Source: Thermoanaerobaculia bacterium
GTDB taxonomy: Bacteria > Acidobacteriota > Thermoanaerobaculia > Gp7-AA8
DNA length: 64,000 bases
Reading direction: 5' to 3'
Assembly: GCA_036488085.1 (NCBI GenBank)
Contig: DASXHZ010000089.1
Span: 5,578-69,577 of the forward strand
Part shown: positions 28,534 to 38,720 of the stretch, piece after piece
Layout of the letters: each line of letters starts with the position of its first letter
Position numbering within the stretch: position 1 is the stretch's first letter
Position numbers and translations under genes: made by a program
The notes under the pieces: model-generated
What the model was told of the DNA's origin: nothing
The model's database searches: none
Seen by the model: only the letters and a program-made list of their open reading frames with translations

Positions 28534-28905
28534 ATGAGCCGGTTTCTCGCCGTCGCGTGCGGCGGCGCGCTTGGGGCGGTGGCGCGGTACGGTGTCGCGC
28601 TTTTCGTGGCGTTGTTCTGGCGGCGCGACTTCCCGCTGGCGACGCTGCTGATCAACGTCAGCGGCTGTTTCGTTCTCGGCTTCTTCTCGACGTTCGCCGC
28701 TGAACGGTCGGCGCTCGATCCGGTGTGGCGGCTCTTCGTGGCGACCGGCTTCGTCGGCGCCTACACGACGTTCTCGACGTTCGAATATGAGACGCAGCGC
28801 CTCACCGAGTCGGGCGCGCTATGGTGGGGAGCGCTCAACGTGATCGGCTCCGTGGCGGCGGGATACGCCGCCGTGCACCTCGGCATCGTGCTGGCGCGGC
28901 GGTAA
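28534..28905 (+). CDS. crcB: fluoride ion channel CrcB/Fluc
   Basis: 4-TM 123-aa protein with GxxGAxxRY and TTFSTFxxE motifs. Confidence 0.85.
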   Translation: MSRFLAVACGGALGAVARYGVALFVALFWRRDFPLATLLINVSGCFVLGFFSTFAAERSALDPVWRLFVATGFVGAYTTFSTFEYETQRLTESGALWWGALNVIGSVAAGYAAVHLGIVLARR

Positions 28906-28914
28906 GGAGGGAAC

Positions 28915-29637
28915 GTGCTCGAACGCGGACCGGCGAAACGGCTCATCATCACGATCAACGAGGCGTCGCGCTGGCACGGCCCGAGCCTTTACAACGCGCT
29001 CCTCGAACTGTTCCAGCACAAAGGACTCGCCGGTGCGACGGTGTCGCGCGGCATCGCCGGATTCACCGGCCACGGCGCGATCCACACCATCAACATCGTC
29101 GACCTCTCGACCGACCTCCCGGTCCGCATCGAGATCGTCGATACATCCGAGGCGATCGACCGCATCCTGCCGGACGTCTTCGACATGGTCGACAAGGGGC
29201 TGGTCGAGGTGCAGGACACGACCGTCATCAAGTTCGCGTCCGGCGAGGCGCCGGCGGCGCCCGCGGCAAAGAAGGAGAACCTCATGCGGCTGATCGGAAA
29301 AGCGAAGATGCTCCGCGTTCACATCGGGGAGGACGACCGGTGGGAGGGCGCGCCGCTCTATGAGGCGATCGTCAAACGCGCCGCGCAGCTCGACATCGCC
29401 GGCGCCACAGTCTACCGCGGCATCCTCGGGTATGGCGCGCACAAACGCATCCACCGCCACAAGACGATGACGTTCTCCAGCGACGACCCGATCATGATCT
29501 CGATGGTCGACGAGGAGGAGAAGATCAACCAGATGATCGCCGCGCTCGACACCATGGTCTCCGGCGGCTGCCTCATCGCGATCTCCGACGTCACCGTCGT
29601 GAAGTACGTCGAGCACGGCAGCGAGCGGATGAGCTGA
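28915..29637 (+). CDS. tandem DUF190 (PII-like) domain protein
   Basis: two homologous halves (RLxIxxxEADRWxGxxLYxAxV... GATVxRGIxGxG); DUF190 commonly accompanies crcB. Confidence 0.7.
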   Translation: MLERGPAKRLIITINEASRWHGPSLYNALLELFQHKGLAGATVSRGIAGFTGHGAIHTINIVDLSTDLPVRIEIVDTSEAIDRILPDVFDMVDKGLVEVQDTTVIKFASGEAPAAPAAKKENLMRLIGKAKMLRVHIGEDDRWEGAPLYEAIVKRAAQLDIAGATVYRGILGYGAHKRIHRHKTMTFSSDDPIMISMVDEEEKINQMIAALDTMVSGGCLIAISDVTVVKYVEHGSERMS

Positions 29638-29639
29638 CG

Positions 29640-30608
29640 CTATTTCCCGAGCGCGAACGCGAGGCCACGCGGGCCGCCGTCGACCGCCGGCACGAAGACG
29701 TCGATGAACGCGCCGCTCTTGCCGTCGAAGCGGAGCACCGAGCCGGCGGATCCGCTCGCGTCGGAGCTGCTCACGTAGATGTTCCGGTCGGGCCCGATCG
29801 CGACGTATAGCGGCTCCATTCCGTCGCGCTTGATGAACGTGGCGTTCGTGACGAGACGGCTCAGGCGCGGCGGAAAGCGAAGGATGACCGAGTCGCCTAC
29901 GCCGAAGTTCGCAACGAGCAGATCTCCTGAAGGCGTGAACGCCAGCTTCCACGGCTCGCGAAGACCGCCGCGGCCGTTCGCGATGTAGATGCCCTCGAAC
30001 TCGCCGGTGATTCCGTCGAAGCGAACGATCTCGCCACGCGAGCCGGTGCAGCCGAACGGACCGTTCACGCACGAATCGAAGTTGCTCACGTACAGATCGC
30101 CGTCGGGACCGAACGCGATGCCGTGGATCTCGGCGAGCGTGTAGCCGTGCGTGAACACATCGACGAGCTGGCGCGTGACAATGTCGTACCGCATCACCGC
30201 CCCGGCGCCCGCGGCGTAGAGGTTGCCGTCGGCGCCGAACGCGAGGTCATAGAACGCGCCATCCGATACGAACGTCTCGAAGGCTCCGGGCGAGCTGTTG
30301 AACGGACCGTTGATCTTCACGATCGCCGGCGAACCCGCCTGGTTCGCGACGTACAGCGCTCCGTCAGGACCGAACGCCATCCCCCACGGCCGCCGCGCCA
30401 CCGGCTGCGCGAAGAGGACGGATGTCCCGGCGCTCGCGCTCAGCGGCCCCGCCGCCCGTTGCACGCTCGACGAGAAAAAGCCGCTCACGTAGAGATCGGG
30501 CGAGTGCGGCCGTAGCGGAAGCGCCGCGAGGAGTAAAGCGGCAAGTGTCACGCTCGCGATTGTAAGCACTTCTCGCGCCGGGACGCGGGCTGGAAGCCCG
30601 CGCCACAC
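29640..30608 (-). CDS. NHL/SMP-30-like beta-propeller repeat protein
   Basis: repeated GIAFGPDGxLYVxN-type blades. Confidence 0.6.
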   Translation of the reverse strand: MWRGLPARVPAREVLTIASVTLAALLLAALPLRPHSPDLYVSGFFSSSVQRAAGPLSASAGTSVLFAQPVARRPWGMAFGPDGALYVANQAGSPAIVKINGPFNSSPGAFETFVSDGAFYDLAFGADGNLYAAGAGAVMRYDIVTRQLVDVFTHGYTLAEIHGIAFGPDGDLYVSNFDSCVNGPFGCTGSRGEIVRFDGITGEFEGIYIANGRGGLREPWKLAFTPSGDLLVANFGVGDSVILRFPPRLSRLVTNATFIKRDGMEPLYVAIGPDRNIYVSSSDASGSAGSVLRFDGKSGAFIDVFVPAVDGGPRGLAFALGK

Positions 30609-30614
30609 GACGAT

Positions 30615-32885
30615 TCAGAAGCTCGTACGCACGCCGATGCGGACCGCGCGCTTCTCGATCGGATGGAAGTGCACGTCGGCGACGCCGTCGAGCGGCTCGC
30701 CAGGGAGGCGGGACGTGTAGAAGTAGTCGACGTCACTTACCTGCGCGTTGAGGATGTTGAGCACGTCGGTGGAAACGCGGATGCGCGAGGTGACGGCGTA
30801 TGCGACCCGCGCGTTCAGCGTGTTCGACGCCTTCGAGCGGACGCTGTTGTCTTCGATGAGCGGGCGCGGGCCGAAGTAGCGGTCGCGCAACTCGCCCGAG
30901 AAGCGGGCGAGACTCGCGATCGAAACGCCGATCGACGCCACTCCTTCCACCGCGCCGGGTATCCGATCGCCCGCCGGATCCGCATCGGTGAATCGGGCGC
31001 GCGAGTAGGCGTAGTCGGCGTCGAAGGAGAGCCATTCCCGCGCGTTGAATCCCGACTCCAGCTCGATGCCGGTACGGCGGCTCGGACGGCTCGGCTCCGT
31101 CGTGCCGGCGTCGCCGGCAAAGAGCAGCTCCGACGCAATGTCGAGACCCCAGAGCGATGCAGTGAGGTGGAAGCGCGGCACCGGCGCGGTGCGAAGGCCG
31201 AGCTCCGCCCCTTTCGTTCGCACCAGCGGGTTGACGTCATTCACGACTTCGCGCGCGTCGTTGCTGTGGAAGCCGTACCCGGCGTCGGCATACAGCTCCG
31301 TATTGCGCCACGGTCCGGCGATGAGGCTGAATTTCGGGCTGACGAGCGTGCTGTCGCGCGTCACGCGATCGTCGAATCGGAACCGGTCGGTGCGGAGACC
31401 TACGACGCTGCGCAGATGCTCGCTCCACTTCAGCGACGACTGCGCGAAGAGCGCGCCGCTCGTCTCCAGCACCTGATCCTGCCGCTCCGTGTCGAGGCGG
31501 TGGCGCGCGCGCGTGTGGTACAGCGCGACGTTGCCGATGTCGTCGGCGCGCGTCTGCACGCCGACGACGTTCTCCACCGCGACGCCGCCCCACGTGGCGA
31601 GCCACCGGTGGCTCGCGTTGACGCCGAAGACATGCCGCCGATCGGCCTGTTCGAACTGATCGCCGTTCACCGGGTCGTCGAGGAAATACGTAAAGTTCGA
31701 GAAGAGATCGAGCCGGTAGTCGACGGCGTACGCGGCGACTTCCGTCAGCGTCGTCGAGCCGTTGCGCTGCCATTCGGTGGAGAGCGACAGCCGTTTGGTA
31801 TTGCCGCCGTCCGTCCCGTCGACGAGCCCGAAGCGCGGGATGGCGCCGCCCGCGACCGCGCGTTCCGGGATCTGATCGCTCGAGTTCCACTTGGCGTCGT
31901 AGGCCATTCCCGTGATCGAGAATCCGCCGCGCTGATCGCCGCGCGAGTAGCGCAGGATGCCGTTCAGCTTGTGAAAATCGTCCGGGCGCTGCCACGGTCC
32001 GTTGTTCCGCTCCCCTTCGAACGCGTACAACAGGTAGCCGTCCCCCACTTTCGGCGACTCGGCGTACAACGCGCGCTCGAATCCGAACGTGCCCCCCTCC
32101 GCGACGCCGATCGGATGGTCGACCAGACTGAGGTAGTTGATGTTCACCGCCCCGGCGCTCGCGAAGTCGCCCTCGTCCGCCGAGTACGGACCTTTCTTGT
32201 ACTGCACGCCGCTGATCAGCTCCGGGATGACGAAGTTCGCGTCGGCGTAGCCCTGGCCGTGCGCATGCGTCGGCATGTTCAGCGGCACGCCGGCGACCGT
32301 GATCGCGATGTCGGTCCCGTGATCGAGGTTGAAGCCCCGCAAATAGTACTGATTCGCCTTCCCCTCCCCGCTGTGCTGGCTGATCACGACGCCCGGCACG
32401 GTTTCCATCACCTCCCCCGCCCGCGCGAACGGCCTTCGATCAATCTCCTCGGCGGTCACGACGCCGACCGTCGCCGCATCCGCAATCCCGATCAGGTTCG
32501 TCGCCTCGTTCATGTCGGTGAGATTCCGGAACGTCTGCTTCCCCGTAACGACGACCTCCGCGCTGGCCGACAGGTAAAGTGTGGCGTCGAGCGTCTTCGC
32601 GTTCTCGACCACCACGCCGCGCTTCACCGTCGTCGCGAAGTTGATCAACTTGAACGCCACGTCATACGAACCGTTCAGGACGTCGATCGCATACGTTCCA
32701 TCAACTCGGGTGACCCCGACGATCGCCCTCCCGCCCCCGCTCGGCGTCGCCTCGACCGTCACCCCCGGCAGGACGGCCGAGGTGGAGTCGTAAACGTGTC
32801 CGCGGAGTTGGGCGGCTTGGGCGTGCAGTGCCGCAGCGAACAGGGCGAGCGCGATCGGCAGACGCATCGATGTGATTACGATCAT
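30615..32885 (-). CDS. TonB-dependent receptor with N-terminal carboxypeptidase-regulatory-like domain
   Basis: signal peptide, GHVYDSTSAVLPGVTVEA CarbopepD domain, plug and 22-strand barrel, terminal aromatic ...RTSF. Confidence 0.85.
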   Translation of the reverse strand: MIVITSMRLPIALALFAAALHAQAAQLRGHVYDSTSAVLPGVTVEATPSGGGRAIVGVTRVDGTYAIDVLNGSYDVAFKLINFATTVKRGVVVENAKTLDATLYLSASAEVVVTGKQTFRNLTDMNEATNLIGIADAATVGVVTAEEIDRRPFARAGEVMETVPGVVISQHSGEGKANQYYLRGFNLDHGTDIAITVAGVPLNMPTHAHGQGYADANFVIPELISGVQYKKGPYSADEGDFASAGAVNINYLSLVDHPIGVAEGGTFGFERALYAESPKVGDGYLLYAFEGERNNGPWQRPDDFHKLNGILRYSRGDQRGGFSITGMAYDAKWNSSDQIPERAVAGGAIPRFGLVDGTDGGNTKRLSLSTEWQRNGSTTLTEVAAYAVDYRLDLFSNFTYFLDDPVNGDQFEQADRRHVFGVNASHRWLATWGGVAVENVVGVQTRADDIGNVALYHTRARHRLDTERQDQVLETSGALFAQSSLKWSEHLRSVVGLRTDRFRFDDRVTRDSTLVSPKFSLIAGPWRNTELYADAGYGFHSNDAREVVNDVNPLVRTKGAELGLRTAPVPRFHLTASLWGLDIASELLFAGDAGTTEPSRPSRRTGIELESGFNAREWLSFDADYAYSRARFTDADPAGDRIPGAVEGVASIGVSIASLARFSGELRDRYFGPRPLIEDNSVRSKASNTLNARVAYAVTSRIRVSTDVLNILNAQVSDVDYFYTSRLPGEPLDGVADVHFHPIEKRAVRIGVRTSF

Positions 32886-33033
32886 CACCGGAAGTCGGAC
32901 TGGTAGCAAACCTCGCCCTGCATCGCCGGCCATCGAGACGTGTGTAGGGACCGGCTCTCAGCCGGCCCTGGTGCGGCCTAACCCGGATTAAGGCGGGCGC
33001 GGGCTGGAAAGCCCGCGCCACACGGATGGCTAT

Positions 33034-33297
33034 CTACCGCCGGTAGTGCGAGCGGTGGTGATGGCGATGACGGAGAGCGTGGGAGTGACGGGCGTACTGG
33101 ACGCCGTTGCCGATCGCGGCGCCGGCGACTGCACCGGCGGGACCGAGGACCAGGCCGGCGGCGGCGCCGATCGTGGCGCCACGGGTGCGGCTCTTCGGTT
33201 TCGACCAGTCGTTTGCGAAAGCACTCTCAGCAGGGACCAGCAGCGCGCCCGCGAGCAGCGCTGCAATCATCTGTTTCTTACCGTTGAGGAATGTCAT
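33034..33297 (-). CDS. small secreted glycine-zipper protein with His-rich tail
   Basis: signal peptide, GAAAGLVLGPAGAVAGAAIG glycine zipper, HRHHHRSHYRR tail. Confidence 0.4.
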   Translation of the reverse strand: MTFLNGKKQMIAALLAGALLVPAESAFANDWSKPKSRTRGATIGAAAGLVLGPAGAVAGAAIGNGVQYARHSHALRHRHHHRSHYRR

Positions 33298-33416
33298 TAC
33301 GTTCGACCTCCTTACCCCTCGAATAGTGCGAAGATGGTACCAGTCCGATGCCGCGCAAGCTGCTGACTACACGGCAGTTACCACGCCAGAAAACCCTTTC
33401 CGGTGACGACCGTCTA

Positions 33417-34091
33417 ATGAAGATGGACCTGAGACAGCCCCTCCGACTCCTCTGCGCGGCCGCGCTCGCCGTGATGATCGTTCCCGCCGCATTCGCCCAG
33501 CGTGGCGAGGCCCCCGTTCGACACGGACCCGGCACCGGCAACCCCGACGTCCAACTCGTGCCGTGGAAGTACCTCCAGAGCGACACGCTCGTCCACGATG
33601 CCCCGTTCACTCTCTATTGGCTGCCGGCCAACAACGCGCAGGTGGACCGCTCGCCGCTCTTCGACTCGAAGGTGCTCCTGAGCGCCGCCACGCGCTGCGT
33701 CGGATTCGAGATCGTGACGCCCGACCGCGCGAACGTCATCCGCAACCTCGGCGAGACTGACAAGCTCCCGGCAGCGCTCGTGCTCGACCGCGAGGGGAAG
33801 ACCGTCGCGAAGCTCGAGAATCCGCGCGGAGAGCTCTTGACGAAAAACGTCGAGACGCTCCTCGGCGACCAGCTCGACCTGCGCGACCAGACGATGTTCC
33901 GCTCGATCATGGCCGCCAGCCAGGAAGCGGCAACCGGCCGGACCAAGGACGCGATCGATATCTACCAGGGGATCTGGAAGGACCGCTGCCTCTTCCCACT
34001 CGCGGGGAACGAGGCGAAGAAAGCGCTCCTGGACCTCGGCGTCAAAGTCACCGACACGCCGGCACCGGCGCAGACGACCACCGCGAAGTGA
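33417..34091 (+). CDS. hypothetical secreted protein
   Basis: signal peptide MKMDLRQPLRLLCAAALAVMIVPAAFAQ; native codon usage. Confidence 0.5.
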   Translation: MKMDLRQPLRLLCAAALAVMIVPAAFAQRGEAPVRHGPGTGNPDVQLVPWKYLQSDTLVHDAPFTLYWLPANNAQVDRSPLFDSKVLLSAATRCVGFEIVTPDRANVIRNLGETDKLPAALVLDREGKTVAKLENPRGELLTKNVETLLGDQLDLRDQTMFRSIMAASQEAATGRTKDAIDIYQGIWKDRCLFPLAGNEAKKALLDLGVKVTDTPAPAQTTTAK

Positions 34092-34184
34092 CGGTTCCCG
34101 CGCAAAGACACGGATAAGGAGCAGTGATCGGGAAACTGACGTAACATCAGCACAACCATCCAGACGGCAAGGAGCGAGTACGTC

Positions 34185-36452
34185 ATGAAGCGAACGCTCT
34201 CCCTTCTCCCGGTTGTGCTCTCGCTCGCAGTCGCGGCTCCCGCGATCGCGGATGAAGCGTGGGTCCTCGACATCCCCGTCCGCGGCAACGCGCAGCAGGA
34301 GACCGGCGAAGTCCGCATGGTCCTCGGCCTCAGCGCGGCGCCAAATGGATCGCAGATGGTCATCAACGGCAGCACGACGCTGACGCTGGGTCAGACCGCC
34401 GCGGTGGGTACCGATTCGGCGACCTACGAGCTCGTCTCCGGCAACACGGTGCGCGTCGTCTATCGCCCGCTCTCGAACTTCTCGGGCGACTTCTGCACGG
34501 GTGCGGGCGCGGTCGAAAAGATGGTCCCGATGCGTTTCGTCGGCGCACAGGACGTCGTCGACTACCGCGTCTCCACCTACATCGTGGCCGCGCCGAACGC
34601 CGAGTGCTCGCAGGTGTCGAAGCACACCGGCGACACGCCGGCGACCGTCACTCCGCAGGCCGACGGTGTCGCGCCCGCGCTCGCCGCCGTCTTCAAAGGC
34701 CGCATCGACTTCGACGTCGTGCTCGTCCTCGACAAGTCGGGCAGCATGGCGGACAACCCCCCCGGCGCCGCTGTCCCTCCGAGCAAAGCGGACATTCTGA
34801 AGTCGGCGGTCCAGGGCTTCGTTTCGCAGTGGGAGCAGGTCGATGCGCAATGCGGCGGCTGCACCTCCGACTACTCGCCCGATCGCATTGGCCTCGTCTT
34901 CTTCGACAGCACCGCCGCGCCGCAGACGCTCGTGGGTGCCGATCCTCCCGCGAACTTCTTCCTGCAGCGCGGCGCAGGCATTGCGTGGAACGGCGTCATC
35001 AACCAGGCGAATACGCTCTCGCCGTCGGGCTCGACCTCGATCGGCGGCGGGATCAACGCCGCGATGCAGCAGTGGAAGAGCGATCCGAAGAACGATCTCA
35101 GCCTGATCGTCATCACCGACGGGATGCAGAACACCGCTCCGCTGATCTCGCCTACCGGCAGCAGCTTCCTCGGCCTCACACCGGTCGCCGGTTTCCCGCA
35201 GGAGCTGCGCCAGCGTTTCGTACCAATCCAGACCATCGCGTTCGGCCAGCCGGCGCAGGTCGACGATGACCTCCTGCGCAATATCGCACTCGAGACGGCG
35301 GGGAACTCGTACCTCACCGTCAACCCCTCGACGCTCTTCACGATCTTCGGCCAGACCCTCGTCGCGCTCCTCAAAGGCAACACCGTCTCGCTCGCGACGA
35401 ACCGTGAGAAGACATACAGCGGTCAGGTGCCGTCGGCTCCCGTCCCGGTTGTACTCGATCGTTCGGCGCAACGCGTCGTCTACTCGGTGCAATGGGCGCC
35501 GCCGCTCGTCAACGCGCTCGATCTCGATGTCTTTGCGCCGGGTAGCGCGACGCCAACTTCACCGACGTCGACGAAGAAGACTCCGCAAGCATCGATCCAG
35601 TCGTTCGACATGATCAACCGGCCGATTGGCAACTGGAGCGTCAGCGTCAAACGCGGCGGGAAGGGAAACGAAATCGTCCCCTACTCGCTGAACGTCTTCG
35701 TCGCCGAGCGCCACCTCGACTACCAGTTCACACTCTCGAACCTGCATGCCGCGGCCGGTGACACGCTCGGAATTCGCGTCGTGGTCGACTGGGACGGGAA
35801 GCCGCTCACCGGCCTCCCCGACGGCGCGATCACCGTGCGCATTCAAGCGCCTCCGGAAGCCTTCGGCACGATCCTTCACGACACGCGACGCCCCGTCCCC
35901 TCGGGCACGACAATCCTGCCGTCAGGCGACGTCCAGACGCCCGTCTACGCCAAGATCGCGTCGTTCAAAGGGATGTCGCTGCTCGAGCGCATCACGCCGA
36001 GGGACGTGATCACCATTCCGCTGAAAGAGGTCGGAAACGGCGTCTACGCCGCGAGCTTCTCCGACACCAAGATCCCGGGCGCGTACGTCTTCAACGCCGT
36101 TCTCGACTGGGTGAACGAGCGCAACGGTCACGTGCATCGCGAAGAGCGGCTCGAAGAGAACCTGAAGGTGAAGGCCGATCCGGTGCGATCCACCATCGCT
36201 CTCACGTCGCCCTCCGCCGGCACGTTCATCGCGACGATCACGCCGCGCGACGCCTTCGGCAATTACCTCGGACCCGGCTACGCCGGCCGCATCCACGTCG
36301 TCGTCCGCGGCGGCAAGCTCCGCACCGAGGTCGCCGCAGATCCCGACCAGACGGGCGTCTACTCGTTCACCATCGTCGACGTCCCGGCGGGAACGACGCC
36401 GCAACTCGAGGTGAATGTGGACGGCGTGATCCTCGGGCGGCGGGCATCCTGA
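34185..36452 (+). CDS. secreted von Willebrand factor type A (VWA) domain protein
   Basis: signal peptide; DVVLVLDKSGSM MIDAS motif; large C-terminal beta-rich region. Confidence 0.75.
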   Translation: MKRTLSLLPVVLSLAVAAPAIADEAWVLDIPVRGNAQQETGEVRMVLGLSAAPNGSQMVINGSTTLTLGQTAAVGTDSATYELVSGNTVRVVYRPLSNFSGDFCTGAGAVEKMVPMRFVGAQDVVDYRVSTYIVAAPNAECSQVSKHTGDTPATVTPQADGVAPALAAVFKGRIDFDVVLVLDKSGSMADNPPGAAVPPSKADILKSAVQGFVSQWEQVDAQCGGCTSDYSPDRIGLVFFDSTAAPQTLVGADPPANFFLQRGAGIAWNGVINQANTLSPSGSTSIGGGINAAMQQWKSDPKNDLSLIVITDGMQNTAPLISPTGSSFLGLTPVAGFPQELRQRFVPIQTIAFGQPAQVDDDLLRNIALETAGNSYLTVNPSTLFTIFGQTLVALLKGNTVSLATNREKTYSGQVPSAPVPVVLDRSAQRVVYSVQWAPPLVNALDLDVFAPGSATPTSPTSTKKTPQASIQSFDMINRPIGNWSVSVKRGGKGNEIVPYSLNVFVAERHLDYQFTLSNLHAAAGDTLGIRVVVDWDGKPLTGLPDGAITVRIQAPPEAFGTILHDTRRPVPSGTTILPSGDVQTPVYAKIASFKGMSLLERITPRDVITIPLKEVGNGVYAASFSDTKIPGAYVFNAVLDWVNERNGHVHREERLEENLKVKADPVRSTIALTSPSAGTFIATITPRDAFGNYLGPGYAGRIHVVVRGGKLRTEVAADPDQTGVYSFTIVDVPAGTTPQLEVNVDGVILGRRAS

Positions 36453-36454
36453 GG

Positions 36455-36512
36455 CTGGTGTGTGGGGCCGGCTCTCAGCCGGCCCGGGTCGGCTAAGAGC
36501 CGACCCCGCACA
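36455..36512. repeat. family B REP doublet downstream of the VWA gene
   Basis: GTGTGTGGGGCCGGCTCTCAGCCGGCCCGGGTCGGCTAAGAGCCGACCCCGCACAC. Confidence 0.7.
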
Positions 36513-38699
36513 CTATTCGATGCGTTTCCAGACCACTACCGCGCCCTGCTCGAACGCCGGCTGGAAGTGCTCTTGTAGGTACGCCCAGACGAGCGGGGCA
36601 CGTTCGCGGTTGGGGACGGCGTCCATCTCGTAACGGTCGTACGACGCCGGGATCAGCGCGTAGGTCACCTCGCGCTGCTGTTCGAGACAGCGGATCACTT
36701 CGCGCTGTCCGGACGCCGTCTCGTACGCCGCGACCTCGTTCATCGGCACGGGACAGCGCCGGTCGAGCAGGTAATAGATCAACCCGTGATTCGTGAAGTC
36801 GAAGAACGTTTCGGTGGGACCGAGGTTCTGTGAGAAGTAGTTGTTGAGCGTCGTGAGGTACTCGGCGTCCGGTTTGTCCATGAGGATCCCGCGGGCGCGG
36901 TGGATTTCGCGCACCTCGGTGACGTTCGTGTCCGTCGTCCCGCGTTGCCGCCGTACGCTCGACATCACCGCGATGTTCGGCGTGATGCCGGCGGCAACGA
37001 AGAGGATGGCTGCTGCAACGATGCCGCAGACGCGCGCCGCCTGCCGCCGATCGCGCAGGAGCAGCGCCGTCGCGGCGAAGACCATCGGGTAGCCGCCGTT
37101 CTCGATCGGATAGAGGTGACGCCGCTCCGCGTACGACAAGCCGGTCGCGGCGACGAACGCGGCGAGGATGACGAGCGGCGCGTAGTTGCGCGGCACGTTC
37201 ATCGCTAAACCGATCGCGAGAATCAGCACCGCGGCGATCCAGACACCGATCGCCATCGACGGCCGCTGGAGAAACGCGTAGAGGACGTCGGGGAAGTAGC
37301 GGAGGTCGTGCAGTAACTTCGGCGCCATGAAGAACCCGCTGCTGCTGCCGGGAGCGAGTGAGCCGAGGGCGAGAGTGCGCGAGATGGCAGCAGTGAGAAT
37401 GCCGAAGATCGCGAAGAGGAGAACGACGGGCGCCGCGGCGATCGCGATGCCGGCGCCGATCGCCTTGAATGCCGAGCGGCGCGGAGTCATGAGAATCGCG
37501 GTCACGATCAAAGCGAGTACCGCATACGCTCCGAAGTCGAGGCTCGTGAGGCAGGCGACGACGGTCAGCACCGCCGCGCGCCGCAGCAGGACGAACGACT
37601 CGCGGCGGTATGCGGCGACCATCAGCGCGACCGCGAAGAGCGCGAACGCGCATCGCAGCGAGGAGCCGCCGTTCGCGAAGAGCACGGCGAGAAGGCCTGC
37701 GGCGGGCGACGCCGCGGCCGCCGTCGTCACGGCGTACATCGCCGGAGCGTTGAGCTGCGACGCGAGCTCGTGGCCCTTCATCACCGATCCCGCGGTCCGC
37801 GCTCCGAACCGCATCAGCACGTAATCGAGCGCCCCGTCTTCGATGAAGCCGTGCATCGGGACGGTCTCACGGTACGGCCGCGCGCCGTGCATCATGTCGG
37901 ACGCGCGCAAGACGCTGTGTCCCGCCTCGAAGAAGCTGACGCGCAGCACTCCCTCGGACGCCCAGAGGCTGCACGCCAGTGGGAGGAAGTAGACGAACGC
38001 GGGGTACGCGACGAACGTGAGCACCTTCTTCGATCCGCGGCCGATCCACGGTGTGACGAAGACGATGGCGAGCGCCAGCACGTTCAGCCACGCGCGATGT
38101 CCGAAGAGGAGCGTCGCCTCGGGGATGATGCCGAGTGGCGTGAACGCGAAAGCGTTGGTTTTCCGCGAGAGCGCGAGGCGCATCGCGAAGAGGACGAATG
38201 CTGATGCAATCAGCAGCAGCCGTCCGTCTGCGTCCGTCAGATCGAGCAGCGCGAAGAACGTGACGATGAATGCCGGAAGCAGCACGACGTCGTCGGATGA
38301 GAAGCGGGCGTCGAACCGGCGCAGGATGAACGCGAGCGGAACGAAGAGCACCACCGGCGCGATGACGTACGCGACGTCGGGCGAGATCACCGCGAGCCAT
38401 ATCGAGGCCGCGCACGCCGCCCAACACGTCATCCTCGCCCACGGCTGTGCGTCGCTCTCCGACAGAATCGCGCTCAAACGCCGCGTTGCAAAGGCGACGA
38501 TCAGCGGAAGTACGACCAGCGTCACCGTGAACCAGAACGGGCCGCGTGCGTCGAGGCCATGCGTCCGCATGTATCCCGGCACCTGGCCCGACGGCGCCGG
38601 CCGCGTCCACAGCGGCTGCGACGCAATCGCCACCGCAAACCCGAATGCCGCAAACGCGAGGCTGCACGCGTAGGAGTAGAGGCGCTCGGAATCCGTCAA
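36513..38699 (-). CDS. large polytopic membrane protein of unknown function with C-terminal soluble domain
   Basis: 728-aa ORF with more than 12 predicted TM helices; immediately downstream of phoB. Confidence 0.55.
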   Translation of the reverse strand: MTDSERLYSYACSLAFAAFGFAVAIASQPLWTRPAPSGQVPGYMRTHGLDARGPFWFTVTLVVLPLIVAFATRRLSAILSESDAQPWARMTCWAACAASIWLAVISPDVAYVIAPVVLFVPLAFILRRFDARFSSDDVVLLPAFIVTFFALLDLTDADGRLLLIASAFVLFAMRLALSRKTNAFAFTPLGIIPEATLLFGHRAWLNVLALAIVFVTPWIGRGSKKVLTFVAYPAFVYFLPLACSLWASEGVLRVSFFEAGHSVLRASDMMHGARPYRETVPMHGFIEDGALDYVLMRFGARTAGSVMKGHELASQLNAPAMYAVTTAAAASPAAGLLAVLFANGGSSLRCAFALFAVALMVAAYRRESFVLLRRAAVLTVVACLTSLDFGAYAVLALIVTAILMTPRRSAFKAIGAGIAIAAAPVVLLFAIFGILTAAISRTLALGSLAPGSSSGFFMAPKLLHDLRYFPDVLYAFLQRPSMAIGVWIAAVLILAIGLAMNVPRNYAPLVILAAFVAATGLSYAERRHLYPIENGGYPMVFAATALLLRDRRQAARVCGIVAAAILFVAAGITPNIAVMSSVRRQRGTTDTNVTEVREIHRARGILMDKPDAEYLTTLNNYFSQNLGPTETFFDFTNHGLIYYLLDRRCPVPMNEVAAYETASGQREVIRCLEQQREVTYALIPASYDRYEMDAVPNRERAPLVWAYLQEHFQPAFEQGAVVVWKRIE

Positions 38700-38720
38700 T
38701 GTGCCCGCAATATTAGCTGG

